Positions 37,570-50,618 of a stretch of DNA of 64,000 bases are shown in pieces; position 1 is the stretch's first letter, and the number at the start of each line of letters is the position of its first letter. The stretch is from Heterodontus francisci (taxonomy: Eukaryota): assembly GCF_036365525.1 (NCBI RefSeq), contig NC_090390.1, forward strand, positions 55,906,153 to 55,970,152, in the 5' to 3' direction. Made by a program: the position numbers and the translations under genes. Below the pieces are notes generated by a model. The model was given only the letters and a program-made list of their open reading frames with translations, was not told where the DNA came from and did not search any database.

Positions 37570-39254
37570 TTCCGGTGCCTTGCAGGGGTAGTTCCTTCAC
37601 AGATGGGGCTCTTCACACTTCACTGCTGACTGGTCAGCTCCAACAGCAAAGGTTTAAATGTGAAAGAGGCTGTATGCAGGGCTGACTGCCATTTCAACAT
37701 GGTGGCAGCACCTGCTGACTTGTCAGCTGACACCATTCACAGCATTGTACAGCCCATCCTCTCCACGTGATTGCAGGGGGGGGTTGGCAGGATGACCCGG
37801 GCATGCTAATGAGCTGCCGCACGTGAGATCACGGCAGCTCTTTGGCATGCGGCTGAGCTCGCTGCCGTGATCGGCAGTGGATTGTTAAAATCCAGCCCAT
37901 TGTGTCACTCACATTAGACCGAAGTAACTGTCACATCCCATGTCCCTGGACAGGCCTTCTCCCCACCACTCACACAAAGTGTTCCTCTAACCCAACATCC
38001 ACACATTGCCCATCCTCCAACTGGTCCCGTTAATTCATGTCTTCACATTCATCACTAAGCAAATGAAAAGGTGAACTCCCACACAACATGCAAGAATGGG
38101 TAACAAGGGGAAGTAGTATAAATGAATACATTTTATGTGTCATAATAGCAAAGCAATACCTAACAGCCTAACATTTTCTCCAACATCCATGTACATACCC
38201 TCCGTGAATGACAATTATTTTCTTTTAGTCTACCTACAGCTTCTACATGGAGCGATCAATGTGCCTTCAGCAGAGGTAGAGATAGGTAAAGCATAGTAAT
38301 GCCATGTATAAGGTATCTGTCATCCTATTAAAGAGGGCAAACATTCTGGCTTCCAAAGTTTGCACAGCCACAGTCACGGCCTGCATGGACTCATTCAGTA
38401 GCTGTGCTTGAAGTTCTACAGAGGCAGACAATCTCTCCATGGCACACATTCTCACAGTGACCTGTGACACCAATCCTGTTGGAGCTGGTGTCCTCCATCC
38501 TCTCCACTACTGTGGAGAGTGTGTCTAGCATGTCTGCCAGTACCTCATAAAAATGCTGTTTCCCTGTGGAATTCTCCTTTTTGATGGCCCCCAGAGCTTA
38601 GCATCTGTATCTAGCTGAGCAAAACTCAGAGAGGATTCTGCTGCCAACGTGGACTCTCCACAGCAGTCCCTGCCATCAGTGTCTGCCCATGCTTACTTGT
38701 GAACTGTGAACTCTCAGTCTAACTGGACTCTCACTGAAGTATGAGTGTTTGCACTGCTGCATAGCTGTACTTCCTGTGAAAGGGCAACCTCAGATGGAAT
38801 GATCATTGCTTCCTCCCCTGTACACAGCTGCACAATCTGTGGCAGCCCACCTCCTGTCCTCTCCCTCTTCCTTGGGTTTTGAACTTTCTTCCCCTACAAC
38901 AGGGGAAAGAAAAGACCTATGAGTGCCTGTAAGGCACAAGTTTATCCAATGGAAGCAGAGCATTCAGTGAGGGTGACCATCAGACAAATGCATCACATTG
39001 CATAAGGATTGAACTGAGTGGCATAGTTGGATGGATAAATGAGGAGGTGAAGAAGTGTACAGAAATTGAACAATGAGTACTCTTGAAACTTAAGAGAACA
39101 ATGATGTAATGAAGTACGCTTGACAAGACAGAGTGAGGGGTACGGGGAGTTGTACATCACAGGATGTAGGTGAATCAGCAACTGTGCTCATCGTTCCTTA
39201 CCTCATTCAGTCATTAAAGTGCATTGGGCACTGTATCCAAGAATAGGACACAAT

Positions 39255-39985
39255 GGGCTGAATTTTCCCTTGAGTGTCAGGATCCTGACGTTGGGACTAT
39301 ATGTGGGTCCCGAGCCCACATATGGCCTCAGCGGCCTGTCAGTGCAACTTTACCTGAGGCGGCCTCCTAATTGGCCGGCTTTGCATTTGCTGTCCAATTA
39401 AGGACGGCAGGTGGACCAGGAAAGCGGCAGTCCTAATAGGACAGCCCGCAGCAATGTCTTGACAGCAGCCCCACTGGGGAAGGTGAGCGCTGCTGGACAA
39501 GAGGGAAACCTAGAGGGTGCCTCAAAATGGAGGCACCCACAAAAGCTTCCCTCTTCAGTGGTGAAAAAAATTACAAAATGCTGTGAGGGTCCTCAGGGTG
39601 GAGGGTTTACTCCTCAAGCAGAGTGTTATCAGCTGCTTCTGGACCTCTGTGAGCATTGCAGCCCCCTGATGCTGACAATTACTTCAGCTGTCCATGACCT
39701 GCCTTCCTCCTGGTGAGAGGTCGCCTCCGCAGCATTGCCAGCTCCCGATACAGAGGGGAGCTCATGTAGCGCTGAGAAAGTTGCAAGTCCTTGATTGGGG
39801 CCTTGATTGGCTTCATTGCCTGCCTGTATCTATGGAGCGGGCTGCCGATTCTGATGGCAGTCTGTCCCAGGAAAGTTGCCTGAAGTCAGAACGGCATCAG
39901 GGACCCCTCCCTATGGAGTTTCCCGCTATTTTCCTGGCCCCCTCATCTCCAAACCTGCCTCTAAAGGGCTGGGAAAATTCAGCCC
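39255..39985. mobile_element. Harbinger MITE inserted in the HA Myb exon
   Basis: Perfect 15-bp TIR GGGCTGAATTTTCCC / GGGAAAATTCAGCCC and TSD AAT. Confidence 0.92.
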
Positions 39986-40539
39986 AATGTTCCTGCTGCT
40001 CTCCTCCTCTGCAACCTCCAATCACACCTTCTTGGTGAGAGCAACAGGTTTCATTCTCCCGGTGCTGGAGAAGATAATCTCTCTCCTACTTCTCACTGCA
40101 CCCAACAATACATCAAGCAATGCATCATTAAATTAAGGTGTAGCTCTTGACTGTCCTGAATCCATCATGAAACTTCTTCCTGTCTTTGGACAAATTCTAA
40201 CTCCTCCAAATGCCATCTTTGAATAGACCCTTTAAATAGTCGAGTTGAGATCTTGTCATGCAGGCATGTACTAAGCCCAGTAACATGCTTTGGAGCCGTG
40301 AAACCCATAAGTAAAATTATAAATAGATTGCCATATTGTTGAAATTGGGCATTCCGAGATGCCAAAACTCCTCCTGGATCTGGTGCCCAGTATCGCACCC
40401 CAGCTTGTTGAAGCACAGGTATGTACTTGTAAGTAGCACTTGGCCTCTGTGTTGAACCAGCTTCACCTTTTAAGCACTGGTATAATGTACTATTTTGCTG
40501 AGTTTTATATTGCAAAGGGTTATGCTGCTGTACTACTTA

Positions 40540-40890
40540 GGGCGGCACAGTGGCGCAGTGGTTAGCACCGCAGCCTCACAGCTCCAGTGACCCGGGTTCA
40601 ATTCTGGGTACTGCCTGTGTGGAGTTTGCAAGTTCTCCCTGTGTCTGCGTGGGTTTCCTCCGGGTGCTCCGGTTTCCTCCCACAAGCCAAAAGACTTGCA
40701 GGCTGGTAGGTAAATTGGCCATTATAAATTGCCCCTAGTATAGGTAGGTGGTAGGGAAATATAGGGACAGGTGGGGATGTGGTAGGAATATGGGATTAGT
40801 GTAGGATTAGTATAAATGGGTGGTTGATGGTCGGCACAGACTTGGTGGGCCGAAGGGCCTGTTTCAGTGCTGTATCTCTAAACTAAACTT
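40540..40890 (+). mobile_element. HE1-like V-SINE, full length
   Basis: GGGCGGCACAGTGGCGCAGTGGTTAGC head, V-domain and CR1-type tail with CTAAA repeats. Confidence 0.92.
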
Positions 40891-41424
40891 AACATATTTG
40901 TTACAGTGCATGTGTCTTTCTAAAAACCTAGACATAAAGTACAGTTCAAGCTTAACCCATGGATAACATAACTCTCCATGTATATTGTCAGCTTTAGTTC
41001 ATTTCTATATTCAGTTAACGTCAACAGAGCAAAATTGCTTCTAATTTGAGTATTACATTTTGAACGTGTCTTAAGTACATACTTAGTCCAACAGCATTAA
41101 TGAGATAAAGATTGATCATTTCAGGATTCAAAATCAGTCCCCAACCTTGTCCGACCATTTATCTTCGACCAACTCTGCTAATTTGTGGCCATGATCAAAG
41201 TTGTAAGCAACTCTGTTCTAGCAGTATTAACATTTAACATAATTTATAGCTTTCAATATACAAGCTTTTTTCATATCACATACACAGCACACACTTTACT
41301 TGGAGTTTCTTCTCTCGAAGCCAAAGGCTGAAATTCCACAATCTCACTCCATTGCACTTGCAACTTAAAGCCACTGTCCCTCCATGTGGCAAAAAAGCTC
41401 CTCTCACCTCCAGTTAGCTCAGCA

Positions 41425-42430
41425 GCATGGGGGAACACATATTGGCTCAATGCAGGAAGCAAAGGATTATGGTCAACAGGCGTTTTTGTGACTGGACAGC
41501 TGTTTCCAGTGGGGTTCCACAGGGCTCAGTACTGGATCCCTTGCTGTTCATGGTATATATCAAATGTTTAGACTTAAATGTAGGGGTACGATTAAGAATT
41601 TTGCAGATGATACAAAAATTGGCCTTGTGGTTGATCGTGAGGAAGAGAGCCATAGACTGCGGAAAGCTATCAAAGGACTGCTTAGGTGACAGCAAAGTGG
41701 CAAATGGAATTCAATCCAGAGAAGTGTGAGCTAATGCATTTCGGGGGACAAACAGGGCAAGAGAATACACAATAAATGATAGGATTCTGAAAAGAGGAAC
41801 AGAGGGACCTTGGAGTGTATGTTCACAGATCCCTGAAGGTAGCAGGAGAGGTAGATAAGGTAGGTCAAGCAAGCATACAGGATACTTCCCTTTACTGGCA
41901 AAGGGTTAGAGTATAAGAGCAGGGAGTTATACTAGAACTGTGTAAAACATTAGTTAGACTGCAGCTAGAGTACTATGTACATCTCTGCTCACCGTATTAC
42001 AGGAAGGATGTAATCGTGCCAGAAAGGGTACAGAGATTTACAAAGATATTGCCAAGAGTGGAGAATTTTAACTGAGGAAAAATTGGATAGACTGGAGTTG
42101 TTTTCTTTGGAACAGAGAAGGTGGGGGAGATGTAATTGAGCTGTATGAAATTCTGAGAGGCCTGAATAGAGTTGTTAGGAAGGACCAATTTCCATTAGCA
42201 GAGAAGTCAATAACCAGGGGGCATTGATTTATAGTAATTGGTAGAAGAATAGAGAGGAGCTAAGGAGAATTTTTTTTCACCCAGAGGGTGGTGGTCTCTG
42301 CAACTCTCTGCCTGAAAGAGTGGTAGAGGCAGAAACCCTCATCTACAGGGCTACAGACCAAGAGCTGGAAGGTGGGATTGGACTGGAAAGCTCTTTTTCA
42401 GCCAGCACAATCTTCCTATGTTTCTTCTAT
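41425..42430 (+). mobile_element. Decayed CR1 LINE 3' part
   Basis: VSSGVPQGSVLDPLLF, FADD and WQMEFNPEKC remnants, and a TTCTATGT-type tail at ~42420. Confidence 0.85.
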
Positions 42431-42555
42431 GTTTCTACTAACTCTGTTACTGATATCACTGTAACTTCACGTCAGTAGAGTTAATACTATTTTACACAAA
42501 ATTAAAACTTCACTCTTTATGTTGGAAATGTCACTTTGGCATTTAACATGACAAT

Positions 42556-44554
42556 TGTGAAACTAGCTAAGAGGAAAAAGGAAGCATTATTAAGGTCTAG
42601 GAGGCTGAAGAAAGACGAAGCTTTGGAAGAATATCGGGAATGTAGGACCAATCTGAAACGAGGAATTAAGAGGGCTAAAAGGGGTCATGAAATATCTTTA
42701 GCAAACAGGGTTAAGGAAAATCCCAAAGCCTTTTATTCATATATAAGGAGCAAGAGGGTAACTAGAGAAAGGATTGGCCCACTCAAGGACAAAGGAGGAA
42801 AATTATGCGTGGAGTCAGAGAAAATGGGTGAGATTCTAAATGAGTACTTTGTATCGGTATTCACCGAGGAGAGGGACATGACGGATGTTGAGGTTAGGGA
42901 CAGATGTTTGATTACTCTAGGTCAAGTCAGCATAAGGAGGGAGGAAGTGTTGGGTATTCTAAAAGGCATTACGGTGGACAAGTCCCCAGGTCCGGATGGG
43001 TTCTATCCCAGGTTACTGAGGGAAGCGAGAGAGGAAATAGCTGGGGCCTTAACAGATATCTTTGCAGCATCCTTAAACACGGGTGAGGTCCCGGAGGACT
43101 GGAGAATTGCTAATGTTGTCCCCTTGTTTAAGAAGGGTAGCAGGGATAATCCAGGTAATTATAGACCGGTGAGCCTGACGTCAGTGGTAGGGAAGCTGCT
43201 GGAGAAAATACTGAGGGATAGGATCTATTCCCATTTGGAAGAAATGATCAGTGATAGGCAACATGGTTTTGTGCAGGGAAGGTCATGTCTTACCAACTTA
43301 ATAGAATTCTTTGAGGAAGTGACAAAGTTGATTGATGAGGGAAGGGCTGTAGATGTCATCTACATGGACTTCAGTAAGGCGTTTGATAAGGTTCCCCATG
43401 GTAGGTTGATGGAGAAAGTGAAGTCGCATGGGGTCCAGGGTGTACTAGCTAGATGGATAAAGAACTGGCTGGGCAACAGGAGACAGAGAGTAGCAGTGGA
43501 AGGGAGTTTCTCAAAATGGAGACGTGTGACCAGTGGTGTTCCACAGGGATCCGTGCTGCGACCACTGTTGTTTGTGATATACATAAATGATTTGGAGGAA
43601 AGTATAGGTGGTCTGATTAGCAAGTTTCCAGACGACACTAAGATTGGTGGAGTAGCAGATAGTGAAGGGACTGTCAGAGAATACAGCAGAATATAGATAG
43701 ATTGGAGAGTTGGGCAGAGAAATGGCAGATGGAGTTCAATCAGGGCAAATGCGAGGTGATGCATTTTGGAAGATCCAATTCAAGAGTGAACTATACAATA
43801 AATGGAAATGTCCTGGGGAAAATTGATGTACAGAGAGATTTGGGTGTTCAGATCCATTGTTCCCTGAAGGTGGCAATGCAGGTCAATAGAGTGGTCAAGA
43901 AGGCATACGGCATGCTTTCCTTCATCGGACGGGATATTGAGTACAAGAGTTGGCAGGTCATGTTACAGTTGTATAAGACTTTGGTTCGGCCACATTTGGA
44001 ATACTGCGTGCAGTTCTGGTCGCCACATTAACAAAAGGATGTAGATGCTTTGGAGAGGGTGCAGAGGAGGTTCACCAGGATGTTGCCTGGTATGGAGGGC
44101 ACTAGCTATGAGGAGTGGTTGAGTAGATTAGCATTATTTTCATTAGAAAGACGGAGGTTGAGGGGGGACCTGATTGAGGTGTACAAAATCATGAGAGGTA
44201 CAGACAGGGTGGATAGCAAGAAGCTTTTTCCCAGAGTGGGGGATTCAATTACTAGGGGTCACGAGTTCAAAGTGAGAGGGGAAAAGTTTAGGGGGGATAT
44301 GCGTGGAAAGTTCTTTACGCAGAGGGTGGTGGGTGCCTGGAACGCGTTGCCAGCGGAGGTGGTAGACGCGGGCACGATAGCGTCTTTTAAGATGTATCTA
44401 GACAGATACATGAATGGGCAGGAAGCAAAGAGATGCAGACCCTTAGAAAATAGGCGGCTGGTTTAGATAGAGGATCTGGATCGGCGCAGGCTTGGAGGGC
44501 CGAAGGGCCTGTTCCTGTGCTGTAATTTTCTTTGTTCTTTGTTCTTTGTTCTTT
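42556..44554 (+). mobile_element. Young CR1 LINE, 5'-truncated
   Basis: RT ORFs 42536-43696, 43702-44031 and 44050-44466, and a (TTCTTTG)n tail. Confidence 0.95.
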
Positions 44555-44574
44555 ATATTTCCACTAACTGTTTA

Positions 44575-45160
44575 GAGCCTAATTTTCATTCAGCTATAGA
44601 TGCGGGACCAGAGGCAGGCAGGCCTGTAATCTCCCACTACCAGACGGCATTTTGTGGAATTTTTCCAGTCAGCATCACTGAAGCTGAAACACGAACGAGG
44701 GATGGAGGCGGCTTCCAGCAGCAAACCTGGGGCCAGCGCTCCATTCAGCTCGGAAACACCCCTCCCACCCTACCCCCGGGATCCGCCATAGCCATAGGGC
44801 CACAGCTGTGGCCGCTGGCTGTCCAGTGGAGGGGTGGCCACATTGATTTTGAAAATTTGTAAAAGCTCTTCAGAGGGCACCTCCATCTTGAGGTACCCTC
44901 TCTTTCTCCTACCTACTTCAGCAGCTCCCACCTTTGACAGTGGTGTTGACGATCTCTCAGTGCTGGAAGGCCTCCTATTAGCCCTCCAGCCTCGGGAGCC
45001 CACCCACTATTCTTAATTGGACAGGGCTCCCAGAGGCGGCCACTTAATTGGCCGGGGTCTTGAAAATCGCCCTCTGAGTCCTGGCACTGGCACATATGGG
45101 TTCCCGACACACATTTCCTCCTGATGGCAAGATCGAGAACCACAAATAAAAATCCAGCCC
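44575..45160. mobile_element. Harbinger MITE
   Basis: Right TIR AAAAATCCAGCCC, degenerate left TIR GAGCCTAATTTTC and a GC-rich interior. Confidence 0.65.
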
Positions 45161-45287
45161 CAGGTGTTTGGTTCAGTGGCAAATGTTTCTGTGCAGTGAC
45201 ATCCTACGATTGAAAGGCTGGTTCTTTCCTCAGAGCTGTTCCCATTTTGCTACTGTAACTTTATCAGAAGTGCAGCAATATCCCTGG

Positions 45288-45427
45288 GGGTCATTATAAT
45301 CTCACCCACCCAATGGGAAACTGAGGGAATTGCATCGGCCACTTTCCAGTAAGGTCAATGAGATAAAACAGGTGGCCAATCAGAGTCCGTCAGTTCCCCA
45401 CTGGATGGGTTAGATTAAAATTGACCA
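45288..45427. mobile_element. Palindromic MITE (~140-bp hairpin)
   Basis: GGTCATTATAATCTCACCCACCCAATGGGAAACTGA is mirrored by TCAGTTCCCCACTGGATGGGTTAGATTAAAATTGACC. Confidence 0.65.
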
Positions 45428-45819
45428 TAATCTAGTCAATCCTGATGTACCTTGACCAGAACAGACTAATCAAATTAAAATTGAGACAGAGTTGGGGGGT
45501 TGGGGTCAATTTTTAGGGCTGGCACAATATCCACCCATACTTAACATAGAATATATCCAAAATCCCGTTCAATATTGCAGTTTTCTTTTCAAGAAAAGGT
45601 CATCATTTGGTGCATCTATTTTTCTACCTTGAGCTCTTACATCCTGTGTCAAAAGTGAAATGGGTGTGCAATATTCAAACATCACCATCGCTAACCTTTA
45701 CAATAAATTGGTGAAAGGTTAACACTACAGCCTGGACAAACAAACCAGCTCTATTACAACGTGTGTCTGTACATTTTTCTTTAATTAAATCCCTATGAAC
45801 TTTTATTTATCTCTTACAG

Positions 45820-45918
45820 CCTCAGTCAAAAATAACCTGCTAGAACTTCACAGATTCAAGCAAAGATGCTTTTTTAAAGTTCTGGAAGTGGCAGACTACT
45901 CACAAGCATCAATTCAAG
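45820..45918 (+). other. Candidate spliced exon, unassigned
   Basis: Acceptor ttttatttatctcttacag and donor AAG|GTCTGT. 99 nt with a single open frame SVKNNLLELHRFKQRCFFKVLEVADYSQASIQ. Confidence 0.25.
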
Positions 45919-46283
45919 GTCTGTTCAGCAAAAAGACAATGCTGCTGTGTCTTGCTGACTGATCACTAACAAATCTTTCATTCATCTCTATTACATGCAG
46001 CTGAGCTGTTTCTGCTCTGGCCAGTGTTACAGAACTTTAATCAAACAAACGTACAAGCTACCTCAGCTACTTAACTGCTGTGGTTGTTGCTCAGAGTAAG
46101 ATAACTAAGTGTAACAAAAGGCCAGAACTTTATCCTTCCCAGGACGAGTACATTTCCTTTCTGTTGTTCTTAACAAAGAGCAGGAGGCACAAATGAGTTG
46201 CTATCTGTGTCACCGTGAAGTGGAGAGCAATTTGTTTCTATTAAACAGGACGGTTTGATTTTTGATTTTTCTGGCTTTTCTAG

Positions 46284-46372
46284 TCTGGAACCTATGCCAA
46301 TCATGGCTTTAATCTGAACTGCCCTTGACCGAAGTTGCCATGTCGAAGAAGAATTCTCCTTTTCTTGTTCAG
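46284..46372 (+). other. Candidate exon with stops in all frames (stop-containing or non-coding)
   Basis: Strong acceptor tttgatttttctggcttttctag and strong donor CAG|GTAATT. Confidence 0.25.
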
Positions 46373-47129
46373 GTAATTGTGAGAATGCAGGGGAAAACCC
46401 TGGGGTATTCGATTAAAAACACAATCCTGTGGTTCTCAGAATTGTACAAAGAATAAACTTGAATGCGACATTGAGTTCTGTCAGACTGCACCTGCTGGTG
46501 ATCCCTCTTCCTCTCCGGTTCACAGTAGGGTCACCGTATGCTTGACTATACCCCAGTGGCAGAGAGAGCTACTATGTTTTCAGCCTACAGTAAGATTAGA
46601 TCTGCACTGTTTGACCTGTCTGATTTATTTTTTGTCTGTGAAGAAATACAAAGTCCATGCCACAATAACTCTAATGGTCCCACCAAATAATTTCTTCAGC
46701 ACTATTCTTTTGTATAGGTTTTGGTGAATCAACATGTTTACTCAATGAAACAAAACATCAGTTGTAATATATGGCTTTGCTACATATTACATTATATAAT
46801 TTACATGCCTATTTTTCTAATACTTGTATTCAGTAAGGCATAAAACATGAAAACAAACAGATTGTACCTTATTTTGAAATAAGAAGTTTCAGAACAACAA
46901 AAGGTCATTTGACCCATCAATCCATTCCTTCTACAGATCATCCCGCAATTTTCTCTATGAACTCAAATTATCTACAATCTAAATTTTAACCACTAGTTAA
47001 TATCTTGAGAGAAAGTTCTATGTAAATAATCATAAATCCCCTAAAATAATCAAGTAAAATCCCAGAATATTGGCCCATCCTCACATCTCCACCATTGAGC
47101 TCTGGCTTTCATTTCCATTCAGATATTTC

Positions 47130-47950
47130 TGTAGCTTCCTTTTGAGGTAGTTAACCAGTACATTATCAGCTGCTTTAAGGGGACTCTGTTCTCAAATCCA
47201 CTACCCTGTAACAAATAAAAGCTTTAATTAATCTCTAGTCTCACTTAAGCTTCTTAATTAACTGCATCCTTCTCTTTCTACACACACAATCACACAACCA
47301 TTTTACATCTACAACTTCGATACATTTAAGAGTTTCACCAATGAAAATAAGCTTCTCCTCATAATGTAGAAACATCGTCAAAGCATCAGTGTCCTTTTTG
47401 AAGATAATCGGGCCTAAATTCAATGGCACCCAATAAGGGGCATGAAATGATCACTGTGCTAAACTATTGCGTAGACCAGGGAGTAAGAAAAATGAGCAAT
47501 GATTGGATACTAGCGTGGAACTCTCCTGCTTTGCATAACCCAACTTCCTCTATGGAGTGATGTCTCATAATCTCTACTCCTCCAGCTGCTTCAAATTTCT
47601 AATATTTCTTACTATTTTTTGCCTTCCTTTTTTGTTAATTTCAATGCAGATTGCTTCTGCTATCTCCCCTTCTGATATTACATCCATCCTGTGTAAAGCT
47701 GTTCCATCATTTCTCATCAATAATCCCAGTTCTCTGCCAGCTATACATTCTATACTTTCTTAGCTTCATCATATTCTGTCATGCCAATCAAGTCAGTATT
47801 TTCACTGGCTATACCTGCTGCTAATTTCAAAAGTTTATTCCTAATGTCCCTTAAATTTGTGCAAAAACATTCGAGGTTACCTTTTGAAACCTTCCTTTCC
47901 CCATTTGATCCTTTGTTATTGAATCCCACTTGAACTGAAGCTTTTCTTCT
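47130..47950 (-). mobile_element. Highly decayed CR1 fragments (endonuclease start and 3' region)
   Basis: LECFCTNLRDIRNK...DLIGMTE resembles the CR1 APE N-terminus. 3'-region remnants lie at 47130-47420. Confidence 0.55.
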
Positions 47951-48039
47951 AATCAATAATGGGAGCATTCTGAATCTCCACAAATAATCTCAATTAGCAA
48001 TACAAATACGACTAGGATGTCCAATTCTTTCTCAGATTC

Positions 48040-48870
48040 TAGCAGTAACTGTTGCTAAAATATCAGACTGCTTATCTGACATTAAGTACAGGATGAGCAG
48101 AAATTTCCTCCAGTTAAATACTGGGAAGCCTTAAAATATTGTTTTCAGTCCCTGCTCCGAACTCCGTTCCCTAGCTACTGACTCCATCCCTCTCCTTAGT
48201 AACAGTCTGAGTTTAAGCCAGTTTGTTCACAATATTGTTGTCACATTTGACCCCTCCATGAGCTTCTGACCTTACACATGCACCGTCACTAATACCTATT
48301 TCCACCTCTGTAACATCGCCCAACTTCGCCCCTGTCTCAGCTCATTGGCTGCTGAAACCCTCATTTATGCCTTCATTTCCTCTAGATCTGACTATTCCAA
48401 TGCTCCTGGCTGGTTTCCCACATTCTACCCTCTGTAAAATTGAGGTTATGCAAAACTCTGCTGCTCGTGTGCTTGTATCAAGTCCTGTTCCCCTATCACC
48501 CTTGTGCCCACTGACCTACATTGGCTCCCAGTCAAGCAATGTCTTGTTTTCAAACCCCTCCATGCCCTCACGTCTCCCTATCTCTGTAATCTCCTCCAGC
48601 TCCACAACCCTCCAAGATATCTGTGCTCCTCTAATTCTGGTCTCTTGACCATCCCTGATATTAATCGCTCTGTCATTGATGGCTGCACCAACAGTTGCCT
48701 AGGCCCTAAGCCCTGTAATTCCCTCCCTAAACCTCTCCACCTCTCTACCTTGCTTTCTTCCTTTAAGACACTCCTTAAAATCTACATCTTTGACCAAGCT
48801 TTTGGTCACCTGATCTAATATCTCCTTTTGTGGCTCGGTATCATATTTTGTTTTATAGTGCTCCTGTGTT
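48040..48870 (+). mobile_element. L2 LINE 3' fragment
   Basis: AETLIYAF..SR.DYSN, MQNSAARVL, DLHWLPVKQ, FKTLLKIYIFDQAF. Confidence 0.88.
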
Positions 48871-50618
48871 GTTGTTGAGAGCAATCAGTTTCTTCAGTCG
48901 ATTTTCCCCATCAATATAAGTGTTAATAGAGTGCCCGATTTTAACTCTGTGCAAGTGGATGGGTTTTGAGTGAGTTAAAGTTCGCACTATATAGTGACAG
49001 AATTACATTATGGCATAGGTGCTATTATGTTATTGTAGCATTGTGCTCAGCTTATGCCTGTTCGAGGTGAGAACTCTTGTGTTCATGATTTGGAACTGAT
49101 TGGACAGCCATGAATTATGCAGACTTTGCTCCCACATTGTCTGCCCGATTCTGGTGTGGCCCAACACCCATGCATTAGGTCTGTCTATCCTGAAAACAAA
49201 CTCAGTTATTGATCACTATGATCTGACTGCCTATTAAATGCTCTGCTCCACATTTCACACTCTGCTTTCTCAACACTACATACATGTTTTGGTTATCAAG
49301 GATAACAGAGTTGTGTTCTATCCTTGCCTACTTCCACTGCTCCCCATTTAACCACTGTCCAAAAATTATCACAATCTTGACCTTTACAAGTGTTGATAGT
49401 GTTTCAGCAGAGGACTAGTCCACTAAATTCTCAATTTCACCAAAACTCCTAAATCTCCTAACTCCTAGACCTTTTATTCCAACTCAACCACTCTTCCCAT
49501 TAACCTTTCCAATTCCTAATACTACAAATAAAGCTCACCATAGTCTTGCCTTTTTCCAGCTCAGTTGTGTCCCTTTCAATTCCCTTTCTTGTTTCACCCC
49601 TCATCCTATTGCCTCTGTACATACCACGGCTTGTGGAGCATGACATACTTCTGAACTGACATGCAGAGTTTGCACCATGTAGATTTTACTTGCAACATGA
49701 CACTCTTTTGCATCATGCATTGAACCTTCTCCACCTCAATTCCGAGGCTTGGCTTTCTGTGCATCATGATGAACAATTGCATCATGATGCTTTGATCTTA
49801 AAAAATGAGTGTCAAAATGTGAATGAGCCTCCAACAGCAAGATTGGCAGCAGATTTCATAGAGACCTACCTCATACTCATTGTCGCACATTTATACTACA
49901 TCTATGATGACACATAAGTCTGTGATGCTGGTCCACAGACTTTTGTTGCGTTACTACCAAAAAGGCCACACATGTGTGTGGAACAGACAGAAAAAGGCAC
50001 ATTACCTAAATGTATGTGCAACAAATTATTTCTTAATGGAAACAAAACATGCTTGTCTATCACAATTCCATTTCAATTGGTCAAATTGAAATTTTAAGTT
50101 TCAATTTTGATTCAAAGGACATCTCCATGAGGGAACAAAATTCAATTTCTACTTGAAATAAATTGAAATATTCTTTATTCTAAAGGTCAGAATGACTATA
50201 ATACAACCAATACCAACCGCAAAGCAAACCAGGAACCATTAACTCAACAAGTGTTGTTGAATTTTGCATTTTGTCTATAGCAAATGTAATGAGATGGAAT
50301 AAATAATAATTACAGTCACTACATTTAAATTACTTTGCCGTTTTTATGGAAGGTACTTTATGGAAGGTTAGACACTGGAATTATTATGTTCCAAATTCTT
50401 AGAAACTGTCAACAACTCAAGAATCATATCTGTTATTTCAATATTGAGAAACAGGCAGAACAAATGCAAAGTGTAGTGCAATTTGAATTTTATGTTTTGA
50501 ATTTCCTCTCAGTGTTGTTTACAATTAAAATAAAAACGACATCTGCATCAGTTTGAAGTATGAACATGAGGACTGGCACCTGAAAGCAGTTCTTTAAACT
50601 CAGTTATGTAAACTAGGT

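Larger units (their letters stand above)
33548..37898. mobile_element. Full-length (4.35 kb) PIF/Harbinger transposon HB, decayed
   Basis: TIRs AGGCTATATTTTAC / TTAAAATCCAGCCC, TSD ATT (33545-33547, 37899-37901) and two convergent genes. Confidence 0.92.
31860..40500. mobile_element. Old PIF/Harbinger element HA hosting nested insertions (boundaries approximate)
   Basis: Transposase remnant on + at 32600-33220 (VKVITVLNFF..SF...AAHKCVRQ..D.MFARA, AGFPEV). Myb gene on - starts at 40165 (MDSGQSRATP*FNDALLDVLLGAVRSRREIIF...KKV*LEVAEE) and resumes at 39251 (SWIQC...FND, then GTAAG). Confidence 0.7.

Noticed and set aside
40165-40515. 116-aa minus-strand ORF
   Set aside because: No recognisable motif. 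It lies just upstream of the HA Myb start codon, in probable transposon non-coding sequence.
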